Of a DNA stretch of 64,000 nucleotides, positions 1-10,629 are shown one piece after another. The notes beneath the pieces were generated by a model. The model was not told the origin of the DNA and did not search any database. It was given only the letters and a program-made list of their open reading frames with translations. The stretch's first letter is position 1, and each line of letters starts with the position of its first letter. Source of the stretch: Promethearchaeia archaeon (GTDB lineage Archaea > Asgardarchaeota > Lokiarchaeia > Sigyniarchaeales > SOKP01); assembly GCA_029856155.1 (NCBI GenBank), contig JAHQWL010000052.1:1-64000 (forward strand), given 5' to 3'. The translations under genes and the position numbers were made by a program.

Positions 1-2
1 CA

Positions 3-1262
3 TTAAATTGTAAAATAAATCAAGAGTTTTGGTTCTTTAGAAAACAATATTTCTATGTAGACTTAGCTAAAGGTTTTCAAATTAGCCAGTATAATAAAGC
101 GGGAGGGAAAGCTTTTGCAGATAAAGGGAACCTTGCAATTAAATTAAATTCGCATAAAAAGGAAATAATGCTGAATCGAATTCATTTAGAAGAAGATCCC
201 GCAAGACTTGTTCATAAAGGAAGTATCGCAACGTCTCCATATACATTGGTAGATTATAATCGATCAGGGGTTTCATTAATTGAGATTGTTACTGAGCCAG
301 TATTAAGTTCACCAGAAGAAGCACGTGAATTTTTAAAAAAGCTTAAATCGATTGTTCAGTATTCGGGAATATCAAATCTCGATCTTGAAGGTTCAGTTAG
401 AGTTGACGCAAATATATCACTGAAAGGATATGAACGGAGTGAAGTAAAGAACATTAATAGTTTTAAAGAAGTAGAAAGAGCGTTAAGGCATGAAATTATC
501 AGACAGAAAAATCTTATAAAAAGAGGAAAAACCTTAATACAAGAAACAAGGCATTGGGATGATAAAAGAAGAATCACAATTTCACTAAGAACAAAAGAAT
601 TTGAGGCCGATTATAGGTATTTTCCAGAGCAGGATTTAGTTCCAATAGAAATTGATGATATTTTCATTCAAAAAGTTAAGGATGAATTGCCAGAAATGCC
701 TAGTGAGAGATCAAGAAGACTTCAGAGGGATTATAATTTATCAGAATTTGATTCAGATAATTTAGTTCTAGATAAAGATATTGCTGATTTTTATGAAGAC
801 GGAGTAAATTCAGACGCTTCATTTGGACCTAATGAATACAAGCAGTACTGCAATTGGTTGATGAATGATATATTAAGATGGTTAAATGAACAAAATAAAA
901 TAATAAAAGATTCAAAACTTCACCCTCACCAAATTGTCGATTTAATCAGGTATGTAAATGATGGTAAAATCACATCCAAAATTGCTAAAACATTTATAGA
1001 TGATATGATGGAGGGTTTTTCAATCTCTGAGATACTTGAAAAGAAAGGGAAAAAAAGAATTTCTGATGTAAAATTCCTTGAGAAGTGTAGTATGGAAGTT
1101 ATTGGAGAGAATGACAAGATTGTGAATGATTGTCGTGGAAATCCTAAAGCAATAGAAGCTTTAATCGGAAGAATTATGGCTAAAACAAGGGGCCAAGCAG
1201 ATCCGCATATAGCCAGGAAAATACTAATTGACATTCTTAAAGAACAAGATATTATTGATTAA
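3..1262 (+). CDS. gatB: Asp-tRNA(Asn)/Glu-tRNA(Gln) amidotransferase subunit B (5' partial)
   Basis: Frame is open from the window edge (FFRKQYFYVDLAKGFQISQY); motifs IHLEED, DYNRSG, EIVTEP, RVDANIS, EVKNINS, DYRYFPE. Confidence 0.97.
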   Translation, partial: LNCKINQEFWFFRKQYFYVDLAKGFQISQYNKAGGKAFADKGNLAIKLNSHKKEIMLNRIHLEEDPARLVHKGSIATSPYTLVDYNRSGVSLIEIVTEPVLSSPEEAREFLKKLKSIVQYSGISNLDLEGSVRVDANISLKGYERSEVKNINSFKEVERALRHEIIRQKNLIKRGKTLIQETRHWDDKRRITISLRTKEFEADYRYFPEQDLVPIEIDDIFIQKVKDELPEMPSERSRRLQRDYNLSEFDSDNLVLDKDIADFYEDGVNSDASFGPNEYKQYCNWLMNDILRWLNEQNKIIKDSKLHPHQIVDLIRYVNDGKITSKIAKTFIDDMMEGFSISEILEKKGKKRISDVKFLEKCSMEVIGENDKIVNDCRGNPKAIEALIGRIMAKTRGQADPHIARKILIDILKEQDIID

Positions 1263-1291
1263 AAAAAAATTATTGATTAATATAAAGCAGT

Positions 1292-2200
1292 CTATACTTT
1301 TATAAATCCACTCCACTTTAAACCGTTTATCATCATAACAATAAGTGCTTCAAATAGCTTCTCATTCCAAATTTTAGAATTAGGTGTGAAGGTTCTAAAA
1401 TATTTTGTTGTTATAGACTCAATTGATGGATCTTCGTTATACCATTCAATTAGTGAATTCTTGACCTTAAAATATAGATCTTCCATCTCATCTAATACTT
1501 GTTTACAATGATTATCTTTCCATAGTCCAAAATGAGTTAAAGAGATAGAGTTTAACTCATCCTTCATATTTCGTAATTTATCAAATGTTTTCAGAAGTTC
1601 TTCTTCATGAAAATCGGGTGGCATAAGAGGCACAAAAAAAGCATCTTGGTCTAATCTCATTAAAACTGCGTCCCCTACAAATATATTTTTATTTACTTTG
1701 TCAATGATCCCAATAGAATCCATGGTGTGCCCGAAAAAATTAACAATTTCTAATTCCAATCCATTTATATCAATAATATCACCTTCTTTTAAAGGAGTAA
1801 TCTCTCCTTCAAAGGCATATGTTGTATCAGCAAATCCTTCAAATCCATTTACCATTTTTTCTGGATGTTTTAAATTTTCTACAGCATTTTTTGCGGCTAA
1901 AACTTCAACTTCACTCTCTTTCATTGAATTAATTAATTTAGATAAACCTTGGGCATGATCCCAATGAGAATGAGTTAAAATGATTTTATCAATAGGATAT
2001 AGCCCTAAATCTTTAATCTTTTTTATGATTTTACGGGATTTTATTGTTTCTCCTACATCAATCATCAAACGCATTCCACCATGTTCAATAATATAAATTG
2101 AAAGAAATTTCTGCATTCCCATAGTCATTCCATCTATAAGATAATAATTGTCATTAATTTTGCCTTCAGAATTTATAATTACTATACTGGTCACCTTCAA
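1292..2200 (-). CDS. Metallo-beta-lactamase-fold hydrolase
   Basis: THSHWDH, GHT, GDA and late His motifs. Confidence 0.9.
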   Translation of the reverse strand: MKVTSIVIINSEGKINDNYYLIDGMTMGMQKFLSIYIIEHGGMRLMIDVGETIKSRKIIKKIKDLGLYPIDKIILTHSHWDHAQGLSKLINSMKESEVEVLAAKNAVENLKHPEKMVNGFEGFADTTYAFEGEITPLKEGDIIDINGLELEIVNFFGHTMDSIGIIDKVNKNIFVGDAVLMRLDQDAFFVPLMPPDFHEEELLKTFDKLRNMKDELNSISLTHFGLWKDNHCKQVLDEMEDLYFKVKNSLIEWYNEDPSIESITTKYFRTFTPNSKIWNEKLFEALIVMMINGLKWSGFIKV

Positions 2201-2308
2201 ATTTTATTATAAAATAATTGTTTTGATTATAATTTAAATCTTAGGGAATGAATTTAGAAATGAAACTAATCCCACTAAAATATAGTTTGTTAAAAAAAGA
2301 ATAAAAAA

Positions 2309-2662
2309 TTATATCAATGCTTCTAGAGCTGAACTCGCAGCATCTAATTTTAAGTTTATTATACCTAATTTTGCTTCACGCGTTGTAATGATAGACAAAA
2401 TATTTCCTTTGATTTCGCTAAAAAGGATTTTTCCTTTTTCAGATTCTATAATAGCACTGAAAAATTGACCTTGCTCCAGTTCTTTAGTTGCTCTCTGGCT
2501 AGCTTTCAAAATTAATGTAACCATAGCGGCAACAGCTTCTGGATCAACCCAACCAGGTAGAGCACTTCCTTTTATTAATCCAAATTTCTCAATTAGGGCT
2601 GCACCGTGAACCCCTTTTATCGCCTTTAAACTATCGAGAATTTCAGTTATTCTTTCACTCAT
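2309..2662 (-). CDS. Roadblock/LC7 (MglB-like) domain protein
   Basis: 117 aa; GVHGAALIEKFGLI..., AAMV, IIESEKGKIL, KLGII pattern. Confidence 0.9.
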   Translation of the reverse strand: MSERITEILDSLKAIKGVHGAALIEKFGLIKGSALPGWVDPEAVAAMVTLILKASQRATKELEQGQFFSAIIESEKGKILFSEIKGNILSIITTREAKLGIINLKLDAASSALEALI

Positions 2663-2812
2663 TTAACTCAATTTAGTTTTGTGTTATTGAGAATATTAAT
2701 TCTTTAATTATTATGTAAGTTTTAATTATATTTAAGTATAGGAATCTTGCTTAAAAAAGCTAATTTTTCCTAATTTATTATCATAAAAATAAAAAACAGC
2801 AAAAGTAATCTA

Positions 2813-3958
2813 ATGAATAATATAATATTCCGACATTATCGGAAAGGTGATGAAAAGCAGTTAGCTAATTTATTTAACTTAGCTTTCCAACAGAATGGTA
2901 GTGGGTTTGTAAGAACTCCAAATAATTGGTACTGGAGATATGTTAAATCTCCAGGATTTGAACCCGAGATGTGTCAAATTGCTGAAGATCTCGATAAAGA
3001 AAAGATTGTAGGTGTTGTAATTGTTAATTTAATAGAGACGGTACCTATTGGTAAGAATATGTATTTAATGGGTGATATTAATGATGTTTCAACTCTTCCA
3101 GATTACACAAATAGAGGAATCGCAACAAAATTAATGGAAATGTCAATTGAATATATGAAACAGAAAAAATGCGATTTTTCAATACTTTCAGCAGGATTGA
3201 GGGGTTTTGCAAGAAAGAAGATTTATCAAAAATTAGGGTATTTTGATGTTGATCTTGGAGCTCTTTTTATACAATTTCCAAATATAATACAGCTTATTAA
3301 GAATGTGTATGCACTTGCTCTCTTTTTTCCGGTTTTTTTTGCTCTTTCATATATACCTCGATTATTAAATAGAATAAAACTAAAATTTTATCCCTTTTTT
3401 AAAGATTTTTCATATGAAATTAACCATAATAAGAAACACCTTGAATACATGAAAGCAATAAATAAGATCAATCCAAAATATTATGAAGGATATCCAGGAT
3501 ATAATAAAAGAAAATTTTTATGGGCAAGAATAAAAATTCCAGCTGCACAGCAAAAACCAACTTACATATTTATTAGAAAAAATGGAAAGATAATAGGAGA
3601 GTCTATATTCACCCAACAGAATATTTATTCTTTTAAATTTGGTATAAAGATAAGAATAGGGCTATTCCATGAAATATTTCTAAAAAAAAGTATGTATGAT
3701 AATTCTAAAAATCTAATCCTTGGATATATTTATCTATTAGACAAAATTATGAAAGCTGCAACGAGGAGATCGTTAGCTGTTTTAATGTATTTATCACCTT
3801 TAAAAGATAAAGATTTAAATAGAGCGTTTAAGGGGATGAATTTCTTAAAAATCAAGGCTAATGTAACAATGATTAAAGAGCTCAAGCTAAATCTTAAATT
3901 TCCTAACTTGAAAAAACCTCTTTTTTGCCCAACTTACGTGTCTTTTGGAGTGCCATGA
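2813..3958 (+). CDS. GNAT family N-acetyltransferase
   Basis: DVSTLPDYTNRGIATKLM (motif A), IYQKLGY (motif B). Confidence 0.88.
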   Translation: MNNIIFRHYRKGDEKQLANLFNLAFQQNGSGFVRTPNNWYWRYVKSPGFEPEMCQIAEDLDKEKIVGVVIVNLIETVPIGKNMYLMGDINDVSTLPDYTNRGIATKLMEMSIEYMKQKKCDFSILSAGLRGFARKKIYQKLGYFDVDLGALFIQFPNIIQLIKNVYALALFFPVFFALSYIPRLLNRIKLKFYPFFKDFSYEINHNKKHLEYMKAINKINPKYYEGYPGYNKRKFLWARIKIPAAQQKPTYIFIRKNGKIIGESIFTQQNIYSFKFGIKIRIGLFHEIFLKKSMYDNSKNLILGYIYLLDKIMKAATRRSLAVLMYLSPLKDKDLNRAFKGMNFLKIKANVTMIKELKLNLKFPNLKKPLFCPTYVSFGVP

Positions 3959-4063
3959 ATTAGGAGCCCTAAGGTATAAAAAGATATAAACATAAATATT
4001 TTAGTTTTAATATTTATTGTAACTAAATTCGTCTAAACTATTATCCATATAGGAGTGGATTTT

Positions 4064-4846
4064 ATGGGAAAAGAAGTAGATAAAGCCAAGAATATATTTA
4101 GAGACGCATTCGATGCGCTTAGTGATTTCTTCGAAGAAAAGCGTTCTGATACTGTTATGGAAGAAGAAGAAAAAGCAAAAAAGGGGAAAGTAGCTTTAGC
4201 CAAATTCTCTAAAGGTTTAATCGGCAAAACTGACAGTATTAATTTTAGAATATTAATTGGACAGAAAAAGGAACTAGGCGATTTTATTTATGAAGCTGTT
4301 TATTTAAGTGATAAAAAAGAACCCAAAATTTATGTTTATGAAGTAAATAAAGGAAAGCCATGTAATACGATTTTAACTAGCTTCAAAGAGGATGATTGGA
4401 ATGGATATAAAAGAGTTCAAAAGTATAAATCATTGACAAAATTCTTAGAATCTGCTTATAAGGACGGTATTTATATAGAAGGAAAGAAAGAAAAGAAAGA
4501 AGACGCATTGAATATATTAATAAAAGGTCTTGAACGATCATTAGAAGCCGTTGAAGATGATGAGAAATTAAAAGGACGAGAAGCTGGTCCAATTGCCAAA
4601 AAAATCGCGAAAGTAATTGCTGTCGCGGCAGTAACTACCATTGTATCAGCTGTCTTAACTCCCGCTGTAGGTATCATAGCCCAAGAAATTGCAGGTGGAG
4701 GTAGTATTACTAGTGATGTATTAGGTTCTGCTGCTCAAGCTGCTGGAGAAGGGCTAAAAAGCTTGGCTGATCCTGTTGATTTAGCAAAAAAAGTTGTAAA
4801 AAAAGCCATTACAAAAGGGAAAAATATACCAGGTGCGAACAAATAA
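4064..4846 (+). CDS. Hypothetical protein with a C-terminal Ala/Gly-rich hydrophobic segment
   Basis: Long ORF; SD-like GGAGTGG before ATG 4064. Confidence 0.75.
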   Translation: MGKEVDKAKNIFRDAFDALSDFFEEKRSDTVMEEEEKAKKGKVALAKFSKGLIGKTDSINFRILIGQKKELGDFIYEAVYLSDKKEPKIYVYEVNKGKPCNTILTSFKEDDWNGYKRVQKYKSLTKFLESAYKDGIYIEGKKEKKEDALNILIKGLERSLEAVEDDEKLKGREAGPIAKKIAKVIAVAAVTTIVSAVLTPAVGIIAQEIAGGGSITSDVLGSAAQAAGEGLKSLADPVDLAKKVVKKAITKGKNIPGANK

Positions 4847-4938
4847 CTAAAATAATAGCAACTTTCTTATATTATTGTTTTTTTAAATTTTTAACTCTTT
4901 AAAAAAAATTTGATCATTTTATTTCCTTAAAACTTAAC

Positions 4939-5454
4939 TTGGTGAATAATATTTCTCTCAATTCTGATTATGCCAAAGAAAATAACTTAAAATTTGGGAT
5001 AGTTGTTTTTGTATCTCTTACTTTTTTTATATATAGTACAATCCGTTTAATTTATTATTTTTTTGGCATTCTTGGATTTTTACTTGGGCTCTATGCTTTT
5101 GTTGATTATCAATTTTTAATTGGAGCAATAGGTGGTGTAATTTATACCACAAAATATCGAAAAGAAGAACAATCGATTACAAAAATTAATGTTATCACGG
5201 TAGTTATTGGTGGATTGATTTCAGCACTTTCTACTACTCTTGTCGATGCAATTCTATACATAAAAACAATTACTGTTGAATTCTTCTTCTATTATTTCTT
5301 GGAGAGATCTATATATGGATTAGTTATTGGACTTGTTGTTGCGATGATAATTGGTGCTCGTTTTATGCATAAAGAATTGAAAGAAGAAGAGAAAAAAGAG
5401 AAGAAAGAAGAACCTTATGGCGATGAATTTTTTGAAGATTTAATTGACAAATAA
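4939..5454 (+). CDS. Hypothetical membrane protein (~4 TM, charged tail)
   Basis: Hydrophobic helices; acidic/basic C-terminus. Confidence 0.75.
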   Translation: MVNNISLNSDYAKENNLKFGIVVFVSLTFFIYSTIRLIYYFFGILGFLLGLYAFVDYQFLIGAIGGVIYTTKYRKEEQSITKINVITVVIGGLISALSTTLVDAILYIKTITVEFFFYYFLERSIYGLVIGLVVAMIIGARFMHKELKEEEKKEKKEEPYGDEFFEDLIDK

Positions 5455-5622
5455 ATTATTAAAATTACTGTTATAATAATTATTTTATTTCTTATATGAT
5501 TTAGAGTCAGTTACACTTTTTTTTGAATAAAACAATAGAACTCAATAATTGGACTCTAAAAGAAATTAATTCAGTGCTATTCTCTTAATAACTAAGAATA
5601 AAATTAATTCTGAGGTTAAAAA

Positions 5623-5901
5623 ATGAGCAAAACAATCTTATTTCCATATAATGTGTTTGTTGAATCAAGAAAAGAAAAATTAGTTAATATGCTTATAAGT
5701 GAGATAATATTTTTAAAAACACGAGTTAAAAGAGCAAATAATAAAGATGATATCTCATATCTTAATGCTGCTCTAAATAAATTAGATTATCTTTTAAATA
5801 AGTTAAAGACTAATAGTGCTGATATGTCTGAAGAAGTTTTTGATAAAATAATCATAATAATTTATCATATTTTCAAAGAAATTGCAGATAAGTTAGAGTA
5901 A
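5623..5901 (+). CDS. Small helical hypothetical protein
   Basis: 92-aa ORF with GAGG SD-like motif. Confidence 0.65.
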   Translation: MSKTILFPYNVFVESRKEKLVNMLISEIIFLKTRVKRANNKDDISYLNAALNKLDYLLNKLKTNSADMSEEVFDKIIIIIYHIFKEIADKLE

Positions 5902-5962
5902 CTCTCTTAACATTATATTATGATTAAAAAAAAATAAAGAAAAAAATAGGATTAAAATTAAA

Positions 5963-6904
5963 TTACATCTTAACCAAATCGCCAAGAAGAGCATATAAAT
6001 TTTCTTTTTTTGGTGCGCCCTTCATTAATTCTCTTATCTTTTCGGCAATTAATTGGGGCGTAAAGGGTTTATGATCATTTTTAATTTGGTTAACAGTATG
6101 CCATCCTTGGAATAGCATAACACGATCAGCTACGACTCTAAATACCTCTCCATTAATCTTTTTAGCCTTGTCTGATGCTAAAAATACAACCATTGGTGCT
6201 ACATTAGTCGGATTGAAGACATCAAGTCCAGTTTCATCGAGTTTATTCATTATTTCAACCATTTGCGGAGTAGCATCTGTAGTTAAACGAGTTCGTGCTA
6301 ATGGAACAATACAATTGACTGTAGCATATTTTTTTAATTCTGCTGAAGCGTTCATAGTGAAAGCAGCGATACCTGCTTTTGCAGCTCCATAATTAGTTTG
6401 TCCAACGTTCCCCGTTAAACCTGCATCAGATGCAGTATTAATTACTCTTCCAAAGTTTCCCAAAGCTTCATTAGCTTTTCCTTTTTCTCTAAAGTAGGCA
6501 GCAGCATGGCGAGTCATGTTAAATGTACCTTTTAAATGCACTGCTATTACATCATCAAATTCTTGCTCTGACATATTGAAGAGCATTCTATCGCGTAAAA
6601 TACCCGCATTATTAACAAGAATATCTAATTTTCCAAATTCTGAAATGGCTTGATCAACCATAGCTTTAGCTTTATTGAAATCAGTTACAGAATCATAATT
6701 TGCAACCGCTTTAACTCCTAATTTTTTACATTCGTCTGCTACTTGATCGGCAATTTTAGTCTCAGCGCCAGAACCATCAAAAGCAGCACCTAAATCGTTA
6801 ACAACTATATTACAACCTTCTCTAGCCATAGCCAAAGCTTCTTCAAGACCCAAGCCTCGACCAGCACCAGTGATTATAGCTACTTTACCATCTAACATTC
6901 CCAT
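5963..6904 (-). CDS. Short-chain dehydrogenase/reductase (3-hydroxyacyl-CoA dehydrogenase/MFE-2-like)
   Basis: TGAGRGLG, VVNDLG, NNAGILRD, YGAAK. Confidence 0.93.
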   Translation of the reverse strand: MGMLDGKVAIITGAGRGLGLEEALAMAREGCNIVVNDLGAAFDGSGAETKIADQVADECKKLGVKAVANYDSVTDFNKAKAMVDQAISEFGKLDILVNNAGILRDRMLFNMSEQEFDDVIAVHLKGTFNMTRHAAAYFREKGKANEALGNFGRVINTASDAGLTGNVGQTNYGAAKAGIAAFTMNASAELKKYATVNCIVPLARTRLTTDATPQMVEIMNKLDETGLDVFNPTNVAPMVVFLASDKAKKINGEVFRVVADRVMLFQGWHTVNQIKNDHKPFTPQLIAEKIRELMKGAPKKENLYALLGDLVKM

Positions 6905-6950
6905 AATTTTTTTCACTCTTTTAAATTATTTGTTTATTTTTAGTTCAAAA

Positions 6951-7030
6951 TTTTATGTGCTAAATAATATGTACTAATAAAAAATTATTTCTAAACTTAA
7001 GGATTTTTACAATTATTATTTTTATAAAGT
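6951..7030 (+). repeat. ~80-bp direct repeat, copy 1 (upstream region of 7058 gene)
   Basis: ttttatgtgctaaataatatgtac...tttttataaagt is near-identical to 7536-7615. Confidence 0.9.
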
Positions 7031-7057
7031 CTTATAAGTGTTTTAACTAATAAGATA

Positions 7058-7552
7058 ATGAATTTAGAGACGCATGTTTTAACGGGTATAATTATTCAGA
7101 TTTATTGCTTTATGATTTTTATTTTTCCATTTAACATTATTTTTACAATTTTATTTGCATTTTTATCGCATTTTATTATTGATGCCTTTGTTCTTATTAC
7201 ATATCATCCACCTGATCCTCAAAAAGGAGATACATTCTGGCTTTCATGGCAAATAATTACGTATGGTTCTGGAGGTATTTTAATACTCCTTTTTTACCCA
7301 TTTGTTTTGGGAATACTTTTTGCAAATTTAGTTGATCTTATCGATTGGGTTATTCTAAGGATACTTTATACAAGAATGATTAAAAAAGTGAAAATTGATT
7401 GGAAGTATAATCACATTTTTCATAGTATTATAGCCAAAATTAGAAAAAAAACCCTTTTTTGGCTTCCTAATTGGTATTATGAAAAAAAAGCAGTAATATC
7501 AGAAATAATAATTGATATTGCTCTATTTTTTGGAATTTTATGCGCTAAATAA
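7058..7552 (+). CDS. Membrane protein, putative metal-dependent hydrolase (paralog 1)
   Basis: THV, SHFIID, YH, DxxDW, FH conserved with the 7643 paralog. Confidence 0.75.
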   Translation: MNLETHVLTGIIIQIYCFMIFIFPFNIIFTILFAFLSHFIIDAFVLITYHPPDPQKGDTFWLSWQIITYGSGGILILLFYPFVLGILFANLVDLIDWVILRILYTRMIKKVKIDWKYNHIFHSIIAKIRKKTLFWLPNWYYEKKAVISEIIIDIALFFGILCAK

Positions 7553-7615
7553 TATGTACCAATAAAAAATTTTTTCTAAACTTAAGGATTTTTATAAATA
7601 TTATTTTTATAAAGT
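7536..7615 (+). repeat. ~80-bp direct repeat, copy 2 (upstream region of 7643 gene)
   Basis: Near-identical to 6951-7030. Confidence 0.9.
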
Positions 7616-7642
7616 ATCATAAGGTTTTTGACTGAAAAGATT

Positions 7643-8140
7643 ATGAATTTAATTACTCATGTTTTATTCGGTGTTTTCATTCAAATTTTATGTTTTATAT
7701 TTTTTACTTTTCCTTTTAACTTTTTACTTACCATAATCATTGCCTTTTTATCACATTTTATAGTCGATGCATTTTCAAAAATTACCTATCATACTCCTGA
7801 ACCACATTGGGATGATAAGTTCTGGGTTTTTTGGAATATTAGTGTACGCGTTGTTGGTTACATAGCAATAATTCCTTTTTTTCGTTACTATTTAGGAATT
7901 ATATTTGTTAATTTACCAGATATTTGGGATTGGACAATAGTAAGACGAGTTCAAAGGAGAAGAAATTTAAATGGAAAAATAGATTACCATCATAACAACT
8001 TTTTCCATAGGATTGTAGATAAAATCAGAGAGAAAACACTCTATTGGCTCCCAAATTGGATTTATGTAAAAAAAGCTGTTTTAGTGGAAATTATGATAGA
8101 TATTGTCTTATTTATTGGAGTAATCGTTTTAATGGTTTAA
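7643..8140 (+). CDS. Membrane protein, putative metal-dependent hydrolase (paralog 2)
   Basis: Aligns end to end with the 7058 gene from ATG 7643 (MNLITHVL). Confidence 0.75.
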   Translation: MNLITHVLFGVFIQILCFIFFTFPFNFLLTIIIAFLSHFIVDAFSKITYHTPEPHWDDKFWVFWNISVRVVGYIAIIPFFRYYLGIIFVNLPDIWDWTIVRRVQRRRNLNGKIDYHHNNFFHRIVDKIREKTLYWLPNWIYVKKAVLVEIMIDIVLFIGVIVLMV

Positions 8141-8516
8141 ACTCTTTAAAATAAAGCAAATGGGATTTACAAAGACAATCTGATGATCCAAATTTATTAA
8201 TGTAGCCATCTGATATGTTTAATAATTCATTCGCTATTAAGCACTCTAGATTCTGAAAAGAAGGAATTAAATATAAACAGTAAACAAAAGTATATTTGCT
8301 TTTAAGCAAATAATCGATGTGCCAATGTATTTTTTTACTCTCTGAGGGAGATATGTGTCTTCTGACTCTATTGATAAGGGTTGTTGACCCAGAATTCGCC
8401 ATGGCTGAACCGATATAAAAGTAAAAGCCTTTCTTAAATTTAATACTCCCAAGAGCACCGATATTCAGTTCAATATTTTTTTGTATAAAAACAACTAAGA
8501 TGTAAGTACCTTTCAT
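8112..8516 (-). CDS. GIY-YIG (Uri superfamily, DUF123) nuclease
   Basis: KGTYIL, YFYIGSA, RVRRH, HWHIDYLL, FGSSDCxCxSHL. Confidence 0.9.
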   Translation of the reverse strand: MKGTYILVVFIQKNIELNIGALGSIKFKKGFYFYIGSAMANSGSTTLINRVRRHISPSESKKIHWHIDYLLKSKYTFVYCLYLIPSFQNLECLIANELLNISDGYINKFGSSDCLCKSHLLYFKEFKPLKRLLQ

Positions 8517-8686
8517 TTCTTACAATTCTTCTTATGATCGTGATAACACCCATCACATAGATATTCTCCGCATTTTTTGCATATGTTCCCACACTCTTCG
8601 CATATTTGGGTAAAACAATCTGCACATTCGTATAATTCTGATGAAGTATTTTCGCCACAATTTTCACAAATAACTACTTTACTCAT
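8513..8686 (-). CDS. 57-aa Cys-rich zinc-finger protein (not in the ORF track)
   Basis: MSKVVICENCGENTSSELYECADCFTQICEECGNICKKCGEYLCDGCYHDHKKNCKK; AGGAG SD; stop overlaps the next start (ATGA). Confidence 0.85.
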   Translation of the reverse strand: MSKVVICENCGENTSSELYECADCFTQICEECGNICKKCGEYLCDGCYHDHKKNCKK

Positions 8687-8874
8687 TTTGACTCTCCTAC
8701 TTTTTTTTCTAAATAATTATGTTAAGAAATTGATTATTTTTAAAAACCTGTTTTATTATATGATAAATAAATTCAAATACCTCCTTCCTTTTAGACTAAT
8801 TTTTTTAAAGCTAAAAGTTTTTTATAATCCTTTAATTCAAGATCTATAATTTAAATAGAGAAAGCTCGTTAATT

Positions 8875-10623
8875 ATGGGTAAATCAAAAGATAAAGAAAG
8901 ATCTCAATTTGAATTTAAAAGAGATCGGAAATTTTTTGAAAAAGAAGGGAGTTCGCGTGCAATTACTTCAGGCTCTCTCTATATGTTTTTTTCATTAATT
9001 AATTCGGGTTGTATCTGGATTTTTATTATTTTAGGAACGAATTGGCCGGGATTAACTTATTTTGGTTTAACAACTGCGATTAATGGGATTTTTAGCTTAA
9101 TTGGAATTGGAATTACCCGATATTTTATAGCAGAAATTAAAGCAGCCTTTGTTATAAATGAAGAACTTGGTCGGATTAAAGCTACAACATATTCAAAGTT
9201 ATTATTCATAATTGGTTTAGGTTTAGGATTAGTAATGATAGCGATTCCCTTTATTTTTGGGTTTTTCTTAACAAATAATTTGTTAAGAGAATGTATCTTC
9301 GCTTCTGGTTTTTCAACATTTTTAATATATGGTACTTATGTTTTTCAAATAGGATTAGAGATTAAAAACAGATATGATATAATTGCGTTTGCATCAATTT
9401 TTAATGGAATTTTTATTTTGCCATTAGGTATTATTTTTATTTCTTATGGTTTAGATCCTTTTTGGTTTGCATTTTATCCATATTTTAATCTAATTACATT
9501 AATTCTACTAATTTATTTCTTTAAGCGATTAACTCCGTATTCAGTTATCGAGATTTTTAGAGCAAGTCTAAGATCTCGAAACATGAGGAAAAGAGTTTCA
9601 CCTGAAGTTAGAGAACTTATTGAAAATTATCAAATTCTGATTTATATGAAAAATTCTATATATTCTATGATAACCAATATTCAGAATTCTAAATTTTTTG
9701 AATATATCTTATTCTTTATTGCTGCTGTATATTTGACAATTTTCACAGACACTTCATATCAAAATTTCGGTTTGAGTTTATTAACTGTTCTAATGGCTTA
9801 TGGAGCAGTAAAATCAGTGATTCTGTATTATTCTGCTCCTTTAAATATTGAAATTGCTGAAGCAACGGTTAAAAAAAGTCATGATACTATCGAGGAGTCA
9901 ATAAATGCATCTACACGAATTTCAAGTATTTTGGCTTTAGGGTTCTTAACAGCAATGGTCGCTCTATCTGAAGAAATATTACTTTACTTACATCATGATT
10001 TTTTTTACGAAGAGGGCGTTTTTAATAGTGATCTGTTTGTTATGGCACAAGTATTATTTATCTTGATTATTATTGGACAATTTCTTTATGGGTACTCGAC
10101 ATTATTTGGGAATGCTTTAATAGGTTCAGGCAACGCTGGTTTAGCCGCAATAGGTTTCTCTATAACGCTTCTAATAATACTTGTAACTTCTCCAATTTTT
10201 ATTTTCTTTTTTGGAATTTTAGGTATTGGTATTGTTATGCTAATTTCAGCACTATTTCTTTTGCCCTTTATTTTAATTCAACTTAAACGTAAACTCAATA
10301 TTAAATATAATTTCCGAATCTATAGATTAATCCCTAACTTAGTAATACTGCTTTTAATCTTGTTGCTATTTCCATTTAATAGCATTTTCAGCCTTATTGT
10401 TGGAATAATTATTAGTGCGGCTTTATATTTATTTCTAAATCCATTTTTTGGAGTATCTATTCCAGAAGATCTCCAGATGATAAATGATCTGTTTAATACA
10501 TTGAAATTAAAGTTTCTAGGGACTCTCATAGTAAACGGCATGAAAATTACTTACAATTTTAGCCCTTTAAACAAAGATAAAATTGTTCTTGAAGAAGATA
10601 GATTAATTTTAGTAAAAAAATAA
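8875..10623 (+). CDS. MOP/MATE-superfamily flippase-like membrane protein
   Basis: ~14 TM; GITRYFIA motif; polysaccharide-exporter-like C-terminal half. Confidence 0.7.
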   Translation: MGKSKDKERSQFEFKRDRKFFEKEGSSRAITSGSLYMFFSLINSGCIWIFIILGTNWPGLTYFGLTTAINGIFSLIGIGITRYFIAEIKAAFVINEELGRIKATTYSKLLFIIGLGLGLVMIAIPFIFGFFLTNNLLRECIFASGFSTFLIYGTYVFQIGLEIKNRYDIIAFASIFNGIFILPLGIIFISYGLDPFWFAFYPYFNLITLILLIYFFKRLTPYSVIEIFRASLRSRNMRKRVSPEVRELIENYQILIYMKNSIYSMITNIQNSKFFEYILFFIAAVYLTIFTDTSYQNFGLSLLTVLMAYGAVKSVILYYSAPLNIEIAEATVKKSHDTIEESINASTRISSILALGFLTAMVALSEEILLYLHHDFFYEEGVFNSDLFVMAQVLFILIIIGQFLYGYSTLFGNALIGSGNAGLAAIGFSITLLIILVTSPIFIFFFGILGIGIVMLISALFLLPFILIQLKRKLNIKYNFRIYRLIPNLVILLLILLLFPFNSIFSLIVGIIISAALYLFLNPFFGVSIPEDLQMINDLFNTLKLKFLGTLIVNGMKITYNFSPLNKDKIVLEEDRLILVKK

Positions 10624-10629
10624 GAAAAA

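Noticed and set aside
8470-8849. ORFs 8470-8667(-) and 8577-8849(+)
   Set aside because: Alternative frames over the Cys-rich 8513-8686 gene, which has an SD and a coupled stop/start
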